A DNA stretch of 64,000 nt, taken from sequence record PZ379177.1, one strand, 5' to 3'. The DNA is from a phage. The notes under the pieces were generated by a model. That model did no database searches, was not told where the DNA came from, and worked only from the letters and a program-made list of their open reading frames with translations. Every line of letters begins with the position of its first letter. Within the stretch, counting starts at the first letter, position 1. This document shows, piece after piece, positions 10,184 through 20,290 of the stretch. Made by a program: the position numbers and the translations under genes.

Positions 10184-10650
10184 TATAAAATCTCTTGGTT
10201 GCTCACGCCAGTTTTGACTACGTTCTCAAACTTAAAGCGATATTGACGTGTTTTTACACGACCCTGAGACTGGATGCCAGGAATTACTGAGCCAGTCGTC
10301 AAAGTGCCCTTGTTCAGTGTAATGACCATGCCAGAAGGGTAGGTCAGAATAAGGGTGATCACGTCTTTCGCAGAGTTCTTTCGCTTGCCTACACGGTTAG
10401 CCGCTGCCAGAACATCTAAGTTCACATCGCTTTCAGAAGTAGGGATGATGTTGACGCCTACTTCAAGAGGGTTGGCACGGTTCCATACTACCAGGTCACC
10501 GTTCAATCCCATTGCTGCTTCAGAGATTTGAAGATCAGGCGCGTCAATCGGATCAGCATCATCTGCGAAATCAGAAAGAGTTACACCATTTGGAAAAGTG
10601 TTTGATGCCACTAAACGAATCGAAGCGCCAAAACCGGAAACGTTAATCAT
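10183..10650 (-). CDS. Putative tail tube protein
   Basis: 155 aa, directly downstream of the 512-aa sheath/major-tail candidate; paralog of 8735-9232. Confidence 0.5.
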   Translation of the reverse strand: MINVSGFGASIRLVASNTFPNGVTLSDFADDADPIDAPDLQISEAAMGLNGDLVVWNRANPLEVGVNIIPTSESDVNLDVLAAANRVGKRKNSAKDVITLILTYPSGMVITLNKGTLTTGSVIPGIQSQGRVKTRQYRFKFENVVKTGVSNQEIL

Positions 10651-10697
10651 TACAGATTCCTCTCAGAGAGATGGCCGCCAGTTACGGCGGCAATTAT

Positions 10698-12236
10698 TTA
10701 GATAAGAACGTCACGACCTTCAACGCGACGCACAGCATCATCTTTAGAGTAGATTAGCGTGTATGTTGCATAGTATTCGGTGCGCCCATCGGAAGTGGTT
10801 TCAGTATCAAAATCTACAGTCAGCCAGTAACCGATAGTTTCAACCTGCCGCCAAGCAGTGTTGTCACCGGAAGTTTGCGTGATGTATTGTTTCTGAATCT
10901 CAGTCAGCGCCTTGCCAACAGAGATGGTGCCGTTCACTTTTGCGTTATCCACAGCAACCTGAATCATGGCTTGCACAGTCGCCTTCCCTTCTTCGTTAGC
11001 AGGGACGCGACCAAGATTCAAGAACATGCTGAACAGCTGAGATGTAATAGCAGACTTGAGCCACATTTCGTTGGCATAAGTGTTCATATCAACTGCTGCT
11101 GTCGACCCGCCCATCAATACGCCGCGCTGGAAGAATGCCAAGGTTTGTCCGGCCTGCTGAGTAGCACCGATGTAGTTCGCACGGTTTTGATCAGCAGTAT
11201 CTGCGCGAGAGTCAGTTGAAACAGTCACGTTGCGAGTATCAAACTGATAATACATGTAGTTTTGAGTCGCATTCACAGTATTATAGTTTGTTGCCGCGAG
11301 GATTTCAGCAGGTGCTTGGTCGATGTAATCGTTGGCAAGGTTAGTTGCGCGAATCATCATGCCAACGCCTGAGTACCCTTTCAGAGCGGTGTAGTATGAC
11401 CCGATATTAGCGAACGAAGTCGAGAATAAATACATGTACATATTATTCTGCGAATGAGTCCACGCTGCCACAGCGGTAATTTCTTCCAGAGTTCGGTCAG
11501 CCCCAGCAAAAAGGAATGAGCCAAAGTTGTTGGAGATTTCCACAGATGCCGCGATGGCTTCTACCGGACTTGAAACGCCCTGGCCTGCAACGGTTACGGT
11601 GCCAGTGGTGGTCCAACCCAATGCTTGAGACGGGTCGGTCGGTTGGCCTGTGACGTTGATAGACAGGTTGCCTGCACCAGCGGTCGACGGCGCTGCTTCC
11701 AGTGTAAACTGCTGAGTATTAGCATTCCAATACACTTCTGCATCAGCAAGTGCAGGCACCGACGTGCCACCAGCTGATGCAAATTTAGTATTGATTGCCG
11801 TTTCCAGAAGTTCAGCCACATTTGCCAGACTTGTTGCCGCTGAAAGGTTAATTGCGTCAGTCAGGTAGTCTGTACCATCATAAGTAATGCTTAAGATAGC
11901 GCCAGTAAATGCTTGAAAAGTAGCAAGCACTTTAGGCTCAGTATCACCGATGACCATTGCTGGAATCGCAGTTGAAACAATGCGCGAGAAGCTGATTGAA
12001 TCAGGTGAGTTAATTTGCTTGCTGATGAATCCAAAATATAATGCTGCGCGCTTATATTCTTCGGAAGAATAACCGAAATATGATCCAACAGCATCAGCCG
12101 TTGAAAATTCTGCTACAATGCCAGGCGGCAGAACTGTATTAGAAGTCATGACGCGAAGAGACAGTTTGCGAACTGCAACAGCCGCGCCTGCTCCGACCCC
12201 TGATACAATTTTAATATAACGAGATTGACTGATCAC
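10698..12236 (-). CDS. Putative tail sheath or major tail protein
   Basis: 512-aa ORF between head-tail connector-sized genes and the tube-like gene. Assignment by size and order only. Confidence 0.5.
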   Translation of the reverse strand: MISQSRYIKIVSGVGAGAAVAVRKLSLRVMTSNTVLPPGIVAEFSTADAVGSYFGYSSEEYKRAALYFGFISKQINSPDSISFSRIVSTAIPAMVIGDTEPKVLATFQAFTGAILSITYDGTDYLTDAINLSAATSLANVAELLETAINTKFASAGGTSVPALADAEVYWNANTQQFTLEAAPSTAGAGNLSINVTGQPTDPSQALGWTTTGTVTVAGQGVSSPVEAIAASVEISNNFGSFLFAGADRTLEEITAVAAWTHSQNNMYMYLFSTSFANIGSYYTALKGYSGVGMMIRATNLANDYIDQAPAEILAATNYNTVNATQNYMYYQFDTRNVTVSTDSRADTADQNRANYIGATQQAGQTLAFFQRGVLMGGSTAAVDMNTYANEMWLKSAITSQLFSMFLNLGRVPANEEGKATVQAMIQVAVDNAKVNGTISVGKALTEIQKQYITQTSGDNTAWRQVETIGYWLTVDFDTETTSDGRTEYYATYTLIYSKDDAVRRVEGRDVLI

Positions 12237-12248
12237 GTCGGTGTCCTC

Positions 12249-12734
12249 TTATTTAATGACTTGGCTGCTGACAGATTGCCACATGAGGCTGGTGTGAATC
12301 AAAGGCTTGTCGAATCCCTTCACACGTACAGTATATCTGGCGTTTGGTTGCCACGGTCCGTTTTTAATTGATTCGACAATCTTTGCTTCCATCGCAAGCC
12401 CAATTTGACCCAATGCCTGTCTAGCGTCTATTTTACCGGAAAAAATCTTTTTAGCAATTTTATTCTCTATTTCACTGCGCTCACTAACGAATAATTCATA
12501 GGCATATCTCATGAATGGTCTGGGTGGCACTTCCACCCTGACTGGGCCTTGTCCAAAGTTCAAAACGGCTATGTGACCAAATTCGTTAAGTCGCGCGACT
12601 TCTGACACCAGTATGCCTTCTCCACCAGTTTCTGAAGGGTATCTGGTGGAATCAAACCATCCTGCTTCAACAGTAAGACCCTTCATAGATTGAAGCGCCT
12701 TAATTTGTTTTTCTATCATTTTTGATTTTGTCAT
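12249..12734 (-). CDS. Hypothetical head-tail joining/tail completion protein
   Basis: Track ORF 12249-12794 trimmed to the internal ATG (MTKSKMIEKQ...), which removes the overlap with the upstream gene ending at 12736. Confidence 0.45.
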   Translation of the reverse strand: MTKSKMIEKQIKALQSMKGLTVEAGWFDSTRYPSETGGEGILVSEVARLNEFGHIAVLNFGQGPVRVEVPPRPFMRYAYELFVSERSEIENKIAKKIFSGKIDARQALGQIGLAMEAKIVESIKNGPWQPNARYTVRVKGFDKPLIHTSLMWQSVSSQVIK

Positions 12735-12735
12735 A

Positions 12736-13317
12736 TTACACCGGAACGTCACCCAAATCATTATTAACAGCTCTTGCCACTGCAGGAGTATCAATTGAAA
12801 TTGCGTTTCTGTGAAGTATTACCAAATCAAAAGAAGGGAATGATTCGAATTGAGACATGTCATCATAAAACTTTTCATTATTATTCATGTCGATTCGATA
12901 TACTGAAGCTTGGTGCTTTTTAAACCAATCTCTCAGATTAGCTTTATGAGTTATGAATCTTGCCAAATAAGTCAACACGTCATTAGCAGTAGGCTTTTCT
13001 GGATTGCCAGGAACTTCTGGGAATAAGCCGCTGATTTGAAAACGTGTTGCGTATATCTGATCTTCAATATCTTTAAATTTTCCGTTTACAAATTGAGACT
13101 CATCATTGACAAATTCACTTTTCCTCATGGACCATCCAAACGGAACTGAGAATAAAAGGTTAAACCAAATTTGGTCACCAGTCGGAATACCCTGTTGAGT
13201 CGGTTGATACTTTTTCTGGACCGGAACAGCAGAAAGGTCTGCACGACTATACGCCGCCAGACCTTCTTCAATTCGCGTTGCCAGCATGTCAATCAGGTCG
13301 ACATCTGTCATATACAC
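12736..13317 (-). CDS. Hypothetical head-tail connector protein
   Basis: 193-aa ORF in the connector region. Confidence 0.5.
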   Translation of the reverse strand: MYMTDVDLIDMLATRIEEGLAAYSRADLSAVPVQKKYQPTQQGIPTGDQIWFNLLFSVPFGWSMRKSEFVNDESQFVNGKFKDIEDQIYATRFQISGLFPEVPGNPEKPTANDVLTYLARFITHKANLRDWFKKHQASVYRIDMNNNEKFYDDMSQFESFPSFDLVILHRNAISIDTPAVARAVNNDLGDVPV

Positions 13318-13318
13318 C

Positions 13319-13705
13319 TCAAGTAGACACTGGAAAGCTTTGTTTTATTTCCACGGCAAGGCAAGTCGTCCAACCATCTTGGTCAAACCATGTCGTTTCA
13401 TCTTCCATTTTATACGTTTTCCCACCAAACACAAAATAGTCGCCGGAAGCGTCGCGGTCAAGGTCAACAATGTCTTTGTCTACCCAGATTTTGACATAGT
13501 TCTTTTGAAGCTCCAATCCAAGCTCGACGTATTGATTTCGAAGAACAGCCTGCACCGAAGCAAGTAGCGTGATTGGTTCTTCATAAGTGGTAACGTAGTT
13601 GCGCATTTTATCAAGAGCGCGCCCCTTGTACATGTAATATTGAATCGGTTGGCGACCGATGACCTTTGTCGCAACTCGATATAAGTTTACGCCAGGAATC
13701 CTCAC
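13319..13705 (-). CDS. Hypothetical head-tail connector protein
   Basis: 128-aa ORF. Confidence 0.5.
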   Translation of the reverse strand: MRIPGVNLYRVATKVIGRQPIQYYMYKGRALDKMRNYVTTYEEPITLLASVQAVLRNQYVELGLELQKNYVKIWVDKDIVDLDRDASGDYFVFGGKTYKMEDETTWFDQDGWTTCLAVEIKQSFPVST

Positions 13706-14166
13706 CAGAATACCCCACCAATTTTACGAAATCCTTCGCGCTCTGGAAGACCGCCAAACGACAAGCCGCCGACAGCCAGTGCTTGCAGAAGCGCCCAAAG
13801 CGCCATGCCATAAGGAGTGCTTGAAAGCCAGTATTCCCAACCATCACTTGCAGGCGGCGCTACCTTATTCACGGTGATGTCACCGATTGTTGCACCAGTC
13901 ACGAAGCCGCCTTGTTCAACTCCGTCACCAGAAGACACAGACACCTGTTGGTCTGTGGCTATGCATAAAAGATGAGCCGTCATATATTCCAATGCCAGCT
14001 CCAATTTACTGCCATTTAAAACACGACAAGGACTGTCTTGTGATTCAATAAATTCACATGCCATGTCATAGAATACTTGAAGCGTTGCGTCAGGGAATTT
14101 GACCTGATCAGCAAACTGTGGAAATTTTATTCTGAACTTGTCGTAATCTAATGACATGGCATTCAC
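13702..14166 (-). CDS. Hypothetical head completion protein
   Basis: 154-aa ORF; overlaps the downstream gene. Confidence 0.5.
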   Translation of the reverse strand: MNAMSLDYDKFRIKFPQFADQVKFPDATLQVFYDMACEFIESQDSPCRVLNGSKLELALEYMTAHLLCIATDQQVSVSSGDGVEQGGFVTGATIGDITVNKVAPPASDGWEYWLSSTPYGMALWALLQALAVGGLSFGGLPEREGFRKIGGVFW

Positions 14167-14171
14167 CTTAT

Positions 14172-14636
14172 TTAAACGCGGAACAAATCATCTTCTTGGT
14201 CGCCGCTCAATTTAACCTTGATGCGCTTGTCAGCAGTTTCACGCGTCATAGGTGCGAACGGGTCATCTGACATGCCGCGCACTTCTTTAGCGACAGCCTT
14301 GTGATTGCCAACGATGTCGTGGTTAACCACTTTAACCAGACCTTTTTCAAGGTGCTGCTTGAATACGTGATGATCTTTTAAATGTTCAAAATCAGCATCG
14401 CTTACAACGGTGACGATTCCTTCAGGAGTCCACAAAGGTGCACCATCAGCGCCTTTTGCCATTTCACCAAAGCCGGAAGTTGCCGAAGTAAGACCAGCAC
14501 CGCCCTTGATCAGAATCTGTTTGCGAATATTTGGAAGAGCGCCTGAACCAGCTTTTGCGTTCGGATTTTCTTTCACTTCCGTATAGAAAGTGTAGTTGAC
14601 TGACATAGACATAGTTGAAACGATGTATTTTGGCAT
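14172..14636 (-). CDS. Hypothetical structural protein
   Basis: 154-aa ORF directly downstream of the capsid gene. Confidence 0.5.
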   Translation of the reverse strand: MPKYIVSTMSMSVNYTFYTEVKENPNAKAGSGALPNIRKQILIKGGAGLTSATSGFGEMAKGADGAPLWTPEGIVTVVSDADFEHLKDHHVFKQHLEKGLVKVVNHDIVGNHKAVAKEVRGMSDDPFAPMTRETADKRIKVKLSGDQEDDLFRV

Positions 14637-14751
14637 TTTGTAGTCCTATTTATATAAGCCTCAGATAAGCCCCTACAGCCCTTGAGGTCTATTGATATGG
14701 GGCGAAGCCTTTCGACCACGCCCCATGTGTTTTACTGTGTAATCACAGCAA

Positions 14752-15891
14752 TTAGATACCAGTCATACGGACGACTGCGAAAGGACGCTTGAGCAGAACG
14801 CCTGCTGTTGCGTTTGCGTAGTCTTCAACGTAGCTCTTAGCACGTTTCTCAACGCCCAGAGTCATGAACTTAGTCTGGACCAGCTGACTGAATACTGAAC
14901 CATCATCGCTTGAGCCATCAATTGAGGAATCGATGTGATCAGCGTACAGATATGCCACATTCAGGAAAGTCGGGTCACTGCCAAGTGCGCCGTTGAGTTC
15001 CGGTGCAGATTTGATCTTCATCTTCGGATAAGTCTGGGTGATCCAGTCACGTACAGAAATACCGAAGTCGGTGGTGTTTGACAGCCAATCAATAGAGTTG
15101 GTCGGCAGCGCCAGAGTCATGTCAACCTTCTCTGGATCAATCTGGTCCTGAGAGTTTACACGAATTTGACGAACCATCAAACGGATGTCTGCAGTCACCT
15201 GTTGGAAGGTCGCAGTAGCCCAGCCGGAAGTGGTGTTTGAAGTCATCGCCGCTGGCAGGTTTGGATCATTCAGGAAGCCGAACGTGCGGTTGTTCCCGTT
15301 GTACCAACCATAGAAGCCGATTGCGTTACGCATGATTTCCAGAGATACAGCAGCCTGCTGGCGCTTGGTTTCTGCGGAGTTCAGACGCATCGCAGACGCG
15401 CGACCTTCTTCCAGCATGCCGACTGCCATGCCCATTTCACCGCGAACGATGGAACGGCGTTCAAAGTTTACGTTCCAGCTTGCCAGAGGAATAGCGGTGA
15501 AATCACCATATTCAACTGCGGTGCCAGCTGGTTCAACAATGCCCTGAACGATTTCTGCATCTTCCCACTGGCCAACGGTGTCAATACCAACCAGCTCGTC
15601 AATTTTACGAGCAGCGGTCATGATTTTGACGAAGCCAGGCAGCCACTGTTGCAGGAACTGCAGCGGGGTCGGGATTGATGGCGTGGTCTGCGGCGCAGTA
15701 AATGCGGCGTCACCTACGCGGAAAGCGCCTGCACGGTTTAAGTGCTCAATCTGATCACGCACAATCGCGGAATCAAACACAATACCGATACGCGCAAGCT
15801 GGGAAACAGCCGCGTCGGTCACGGATTGCATATCAAAAGGGCGCACCTTGCTCGCTGGGAGGCGAGAGTGTGTTTGGCTAATGCGAGTCAT
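14752..15891 (-). CDS. Major capsid protein (putative)
   Basis: 379 aa, the usual size, placed after the protease/scaffold-like and decoration-like genes and before the connector genes. No search run. Confidence 0.6.
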   Translation of the reverse strand: MTRISQTHSRLPASKVRPFDMQSVTDAAVSQLARIGIVFDSAIVRDQIEHLNRAGAFRVGDAAFTAPQTTPSIPTPLQFLQQWLPGFVKIMTAARKIDELVGIDTVGQWEDAEIVQGIVEPAGTAVEYGDFTAIPLASWNVNFERRSIVRGEMGMAVGMLEEGRASAMRLNSAETKRQQAAVSLEIMRNAIGFYGWYNGNNRTFGFLNDPNLPAAMTSNTTSGWATATFQQVTADIRLMVRQIRVNSQDQIDPEKVDMTLALPTNSIDWLSNTTDFGISVRDWITQTYPKMKIKSAPELNGALGSDPTFLNVAYLYADHIDSSIDGSSDDGSVFSQLVQTKFMTLGVEKRAKSYVEDYANATAGVLLKRPFAVVRMTGI

Positions 15892-15905
15892 TATTCACCT
15901 GCCTA

Positions 15906-16523
15906 TTAACGAGTCAATTGTACAATGGTATAAGTGGAAGACTGGACGCTTGGGCCGGAAAGGGCAATAGCAGTCGGGTCAATCACAATACCGCCTGGGA
16001 TGGCAACCATGCCAGTTGGCAGTGAGCCAGTATAGGCGATAATTGCACCGATAGGCAAGTTGTTCGGGTTGTTGCCGCTGGAAATGCCTTTAGGTACATA
16101 AGCGAGCAGGTCGCCGTAGTTCAGCGTCTGCGGGCTGGTGCTTGGGTTGAATACTTCAACTACGAGGCCCGTGCACATATCATAGAACTCGCCTTCGCTA
16201 TATTGAGGCAGAACCATGCTGGCACCCAAAGGACCAGTAGAGTTGCCATACAGCGCGTAACGCTTGCTATTGCCGAGGATGCCGTAGTAGTTGGTGCCGC
16301 CCAGCTCAACTTCAAAGTCCTGCGCGCCCAAAGTTTTGGTTTGACCAGTACCCATTAAGGATACGTCAGTCTTAAAACCGAACACACGGCTGATGGCGTT
16401 TACGTTTGCGCCTTCGTTGGCGTTGGCAATTCGGCCTGGCTTCCCACGCTGTGGGCCGTCGCGAACGATGTCGCCAGGAAAGCCAGTTGTATATTGACGG
16501 CCTACACTAGTTTGGAAAGTCAT
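15906..16523 (-). CDS. Putative capsid decoration/structural protein
   Basis: Track ORF 15906-16544 trimmed to the internal ATG (MTFQTSVG...) so that it abuts the upstream stop at 16526. Gly/Thr-rich. Confidence 0.45.
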   Translation of the reverse strand: MTFQTSVGRQYTTGFPGDIVRDGPQRGKPGRIANANEGANVNAISRVFGFKTDVSLMGTGQTKTLGAQDFEVELGGTNYYGILGNSKRYALYGNSTGPLGASMVLPQYSEGEFYDMCTGLVVEVFNPSTSPQTLNYGDLLAYVPKGISSGNNPNNLPIGAIIAYTGSLPTGMVAIPGGIVIDPTAIALSGPSVQSSTYTIVQLTR

Positions 16524-16525
16524 AT

Positions 16526-17944
16526 TTATTCCCCTTTCAACCAAGCTTCAAATGCTTCGTCAGTTGCTGCAGAATCCGCAGCGGCCTTTTGTTTTGCGAC
16601 TACACGCTGTTTTTGACCGTGTTCAACGCCGCGCAGATAGTTATCCACAACGTCAAACTCAGCACCATCAACGCACTTCAAGCCTAACTTTTTAGCGCCA
16701 TATTTCGCTACGGACTTGGAGTCCATAGTTGCATGATCAAAGGCACCAACAACTTTAGACAGGCGCTGGTAGAGGCTATTCTTACGAGCAGAATCAGCGT
16801 AGAAAGCAGCAACTGCTGAATCAGATGCCATTGAGTGTTCCCCTTTTGCTGGACCTGGCGACGCTTTCGCCGCTTTTGTCGGTTTGTCATCTTTTTCGAC
16901 CGAAGCCCCCTTTACGTTGCTGTTTTGCAGGCCGCTAACCACATCTTCAGCTTTGTCGCAAGGTGATACATCTTCAGCCTTGACTTCAACTTCTTCGTCT
17001 TTGACTTCGGCTTCAACTTCTTCTTCATCACCTACCGCGCCACCTTTCAGTTTTGCAATAAGTGCTTCGATTTGGCTGATCAGTTGCGGAAGCTCGCCAC
17101 CAGCGTGAGATTCAGTTTCAACTTCAAACTTCTCTTCACCTTCTGGAGTCTCTTCAGCTTCTGCTTTGACTTCTGGATCAACCATCACTTCTTCACGTTC
17201 TTCGGTTGAATCCTTCTCTTCTGCTTTCACTTCAACTTCGTCCTGATGAGCAGCTTCGGTGCTCTCTTCATTCAGAAATTGTTCGAGCGCAGGGATCAGT
17301 GATTTCAGCTGTTCAACAGCATTATCACGCGCTTTACCTTTTAACGGTTTTGGCATGTCTAAATCCTCGTTGGATGGTGTTACAGTCGTCAAACAAAGAT
17401 GGTCAAAGCAACGACCATCCAGCACCCGTGCACCTGGTACTCGACCAACGTCCACGAGAGCAATGTGGTTGCCGCGAAGAGTTGTCTGTACCACTTCATA
17501 CGGCTGCCCGTCAAACTCTCCAGACTGTATGATGAATTCACAGTCATAGCCCAAAGACAAGTCAACCTTTCCAGAATCGATGGCTTTCTTCAGACGACGG
17601 CTAAAAACTTTAAGATCGCCGCGCATCCATGGCTTGTCATAATAAACATTGCCAGTTAGAACGCCATCAACGCCATACTCTTCGGGTGCTGTGTTATCCT
17701 CATCACCTTCGAATCCAGAAAGCATTTCGTGATTGTCTATGAAAGGGATATTTTTGAATGAATCTATCGCTTCGGGGTCTTTCACCGCTGACTCTGGGCG
17801 ATAAACTTTTACGATGCGATTCGGATCACCATCAAGTCCAACCTGACCTGCAGAATAATCAAAAATGCCAAATGACGAAATGGGACAACCCACAATCGTC
17901 AAGAATCCATTTTTGTCAATTTCGCGTGCCGTTTGCATTCGCAT
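16526..17944 (-). CDS. Putative prohead protease/scaffolding protein with acidic linker
   Basis: 472 aa. Globular N-terminal region, then a long acidic low-complexity stretch (EEVEVKAEEKDSTEEREEVMVDPEVKAEAEE...) typical of scaffold proteins. First gene after the repeat-rich intergenic region. Start could be the ATG two codons in (17938). Confidence 0.5.
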   Translation of the reverse strand: MRMQTAREIDKNGFLTIVGCPISSFGIFDYSAGQVGLDGDPNRIVKVYRPESAVKDPEAIDSFKNIPFIDNHEMLSGFEGDEDNTAPEEYGVDGVLTGNVYYDKPWMRGDLKVFSRRLKKAIDSGKVDLSLGYDCEFIIQSGEFDGQPYEVVQTTLRGNHIALVDVGRVPGARVLDGRCFDHLCLTTVTPSNEDLDMPKPLKGKARDNAVEQLKSLIPALEQFLNEESTEAAHQDEVEVKAEEKDSTEEREEVMVDPEVKAEAEETPEGEEKFEVETESHAGGELPQLISQIEALIAKLKGGAVGDEEEVEAEVKDEEVEVKAEDVSPCDKAEDVVSGLQNSNVKGASVEKDDKPTKAAKASPGPAKGEHSMASDSAVAAFYADSARKNSLYQRLSKVVGAFDHATMDSKSVAKYGAKKLGLKCVDGAEFDVVDNYLRGVEHGQKQRVVAKQKAAADSAATDEAFEAWLKGE

Positions 17945-18039
17945 CCACCCTCAAATAAGTATTGTGTATTATATCTAATGAAAAAAACTTAGGCAAACAA
18001 TAATTATGGTTTGAATATGTATAACAACCGATATAGCCG

Positions 18040-18340
18040 CGCCTTAATTAGTGTGATACGGATGATACGGATAAAATGAGGCGTATTTTTATCCGTATCG
18101 GTGTATAAGCCGCGCTATCACTGGTGTGCTACGGATGATACGGATGATACGGATACTTTTCATATATAAGAGTTTATAAAAAAAATAAAATTAAATTAGA
18201 TATATAATTTTAAATTAATTTATTTGAATTCCTATAAAGTATCGCGGCAACGCGTATCATCCGTATCATCCGTAAGATTCTTTTGAAAACAACTACTTAC
18301 TTGATACGGATGATACGTCATTATACGCGTAAAATCCTGC
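18040..18340. repeat. TACGGAT-family repeat module, copy 1
   Basis: About 9 copies, e.g. GTGATACGGATGATACGGATAAAA, a 13-bp-arm palindrome GATACGGATAAAA...TTTTATCCGTATC, GCTACGGATGATACGGATGATACGGATAC and CGTATCATCCGTATCATCCGTAAGATTC, flanking an AT-rich core (AAAAAAAATAAAATTAAATTAGATATATAATTTTAAATTAATTTATTT). Confidence 0.75.
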
Positions 18341-18361
18341 GGCAATCCATTGCCAGGCGAT

Positions 18362-18498
18362 TCAGTGAATATTAAAAAGCACTCCAGCAACTAAAACGCC
18401 AATCAGCATCGAGTCGTAAACAGCCCATTTCCAAGAAAGCAAAGAGTTGCAATTAATATTTCGCACTTTAACGTAACGTGACTGAATAATCTTTTGCA
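18362..18498 (-). CDS. Small hydrophobic peptide (44 aa)
   Basis: ATG preceded by AAGAGGAAG RBS; product MQKIIQSRYVKVRNINCNSLLSWKWAVYDSMLIGVLVAGVLFNIH. Below the 60-aa track cutoff. Confidence 0.3.
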
Positions 18499-18509
18499 TA
18501 ACTTCCTCT

Positions 18510-19430
18510 TTAGTTCAACTTAATTGCGGTGATCTGTCCGTAAACGGTAGATGTCAATGCGTCTGTGCATTGATAGTTTAGATACACGTTGCCAGGCGCG
18601 GCAAGAGTAATTATCTTTGTTGGGATATTGCCGCCGAAACGACCTGCAGCCCGAATGCCAGCTGACATTGTAAATGCATCATCCGTAATATCTGAATTAC
18701 TTGTTGACAGCTTGACTGTAATTCCGGTATTCGCTTGAACTCCTGCTGTCGCGACAGTCAACTGACTTGCTGTCACAAGCCATTTCCCTGCAGGCAGGTT
18801 TAAGGTTGCCAGATTCACCAGAGTTGTCGGAGGATTGCTTACGCTGTTGCTTGCGTTCTGCACAGTGCTTGCAGCAGCATTAAGGACGCCAGAACCATCA
18901 ATTGATAGTGTCGTTCCTACCTTTATGCCACCCAAGGTTGATGCTGATGCAATCGGTAATGAGTATTGAGTCACACTAATTGTACCGTCACCTGCAACGC
19001 TTATGCCACTTCCTATTTTGACGCCGCCAAGAACAGAAGCCGTTGCCGCTGGTAGTGTGTATTGGTTGCTGCTGGATTTGACTACCTTAACGGCGACAGC
19101 ATTCTTGGACCCTCCAGACTCCATGCCTATAATCACTGCTTCTCCAAAAGCGATGGCGATCGTAGATGCAGTTAAACCAGTCTGCACGTCTGTTATGTTC
19201 ATTTTGGGAACTGAAAGTGTCAGATTCGGCTTGCTGGTAGAATCGCCATCATTACCGATCATAAAGAACTGGCCAACTGAATTGTATCCAGACGCCAATG
19301 GCGGACTCAATGGAACAATCAGGTTTTTATCGGATGTGAATTCCGAAACAATCGCCAAACCGTTAGCATATACAGCAGGCAATACTGGCGTTTGTCCAGA
19401 TAGAGGAAACGTGCTGATTGGTATCGTCAT
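18510..19430 (-). CDS. Structural protein with tandem beta-repeats (fibre-like)
   Basis: Track ORF 18510-19499 trimmed to the internal ATG (MTIPISTFPL...), which removes the overlap with the upstream gene ending at 19438. Internal repeat TLPAATASVLGGVKIGSGISVAGDGTISV / SLPIASASTLGGIKVGTTLSIDGSGVLN. Confidence 0.5.
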   Translation of the reverse strand: MTIPISTFPLSGQTPVLPAVYANGLAIVSEFTSDKNLIVPLSPPLASGYNSVGQFFMIGNDGDSTSKPNLTLSVPKMNITDVQTGLTASTIAIAFGEAVIIGMESGGSKNAVAVKVVKSSSNQYTLPAATASVLGGVKIGSGISVAGDGTISVTQYSLPIASASTLGGIKVGTTLSIDGSGVLNAAASTVQNASNSVSNPPTTLVNLATLNLPAGKWLVTASQLTVATAGVQANTGITVKLSTSNSDITDDAFTMSAGIRAAGRFGGNIPTKIITLAAPGNVYLNYQCTDALTSTVYGQITAIKLN

Positions 19431-19437
19431 AATGACC

Positions 19438-20289
19438 TCAAATGATTGGTATTTTTCTGCACTTGCAGTGTATCGCCCATCCAGGAGGACCGATGTCACC
19501 CTTTTTGAACTTCAACTCTCCGCCCACTTCCCATAGACGCTTGTCATCAAGTTTGAATCTCATTCCGTCGACATGTTCATGAGAGATTCGCGGCTCCTTT
19601 CCTGCTCCTGAGTGCGCCCATTCAAATTCTTCAACTCCATTCTGGCGCATCCTTTCATCGCTTAGAACGCAATACAATTTGCTTGTCTGGTCTTTAGCGA
19701 TTAAGTCGACTCTCTTTGCAGAGAAGTGTTTTACGTTTCGCAGCGCCGCCTGAATGCCTGACGTGCCTTGCTGGGCTGGGTCGGGCGAAGTCAGCGAAAG
19801 CATGACTGCTTCGTACACTCTGTTGTGAATATCCTCGCCGACCTTAGTCACTAGAGTCGTGTTAAACGTCTCGCTTGTTCTAAGAGTGTTCTCAACGAAT
19901 TTGTTATATGTGGCCTTTGGCGCTTCTATGCCTGCGGACTTAAGGCTGGCGAATGTAGCAGAAGTAGCACCCTTTTCAACCGACTTGATAAAATCAGCGG
20001 CAATCTTCGACCCAACACGAGCAAACGCCTTTGCCCATTTCAGCTGCAGACGTTTCATAAGAGTTTGGAATGTTGAATCAGCAGAGTCTTGCGCAAAGAA
20101 CTTCTGCACCTGCTTCTTTTCAAGCCACTCTGAAATTCCTGCCTGATAGTCATCAATCATCGCATAGCAAAGACCTTTCATCTCACGACGGTAGGCCATC
20201 GCAATAGCGTTTGATGGGATTATCGGACTGCCGCGCCCGATTCTATCGGGTGAGCGGCGTTCACGTTTTTTCGAAGCTTTAAAAGCCAT
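19438..20289 (-). CDS. Head morphogenesis protein (Mu gpF-like / SPP1 gp7-like)
   Basis: C-terminal signature ...EWAHSGAGKEPRISHEHVDGMRF...GPPGWAIHCKCRKI (PxxHxxCxC). Directly downstream of the portal gene. Start set at ATG 20289 (MAFKASKKRER...). Confidence 0.75.
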   Translation of the reverse strand: MAFKASKKRERRSPDRIGRGSPIIPSNAIAMAYRREMKGLCYAMIDDYQAGISEWLEKKQVQKFFAQDSADSTFQTLMKRLQLKWAKAFARVGSKIAADFIKSVEKGATSATFASLKSAGIEAPKATYNKFVENTLRTSETFNTTLVTKVGEDIHNRVYEAVMLSLTSPDPAQQGTSGIQAALRNVKHFSAKRVDLIAKDQTSKLYCVLSDERMRQNGVEEFEWAHSGAGKEPRISHEHVDGMRFKLDDKRLWEVGGELKFKKGDIGPPGWAIHCKCRKIPII

Positions 20290-20290
20290 A

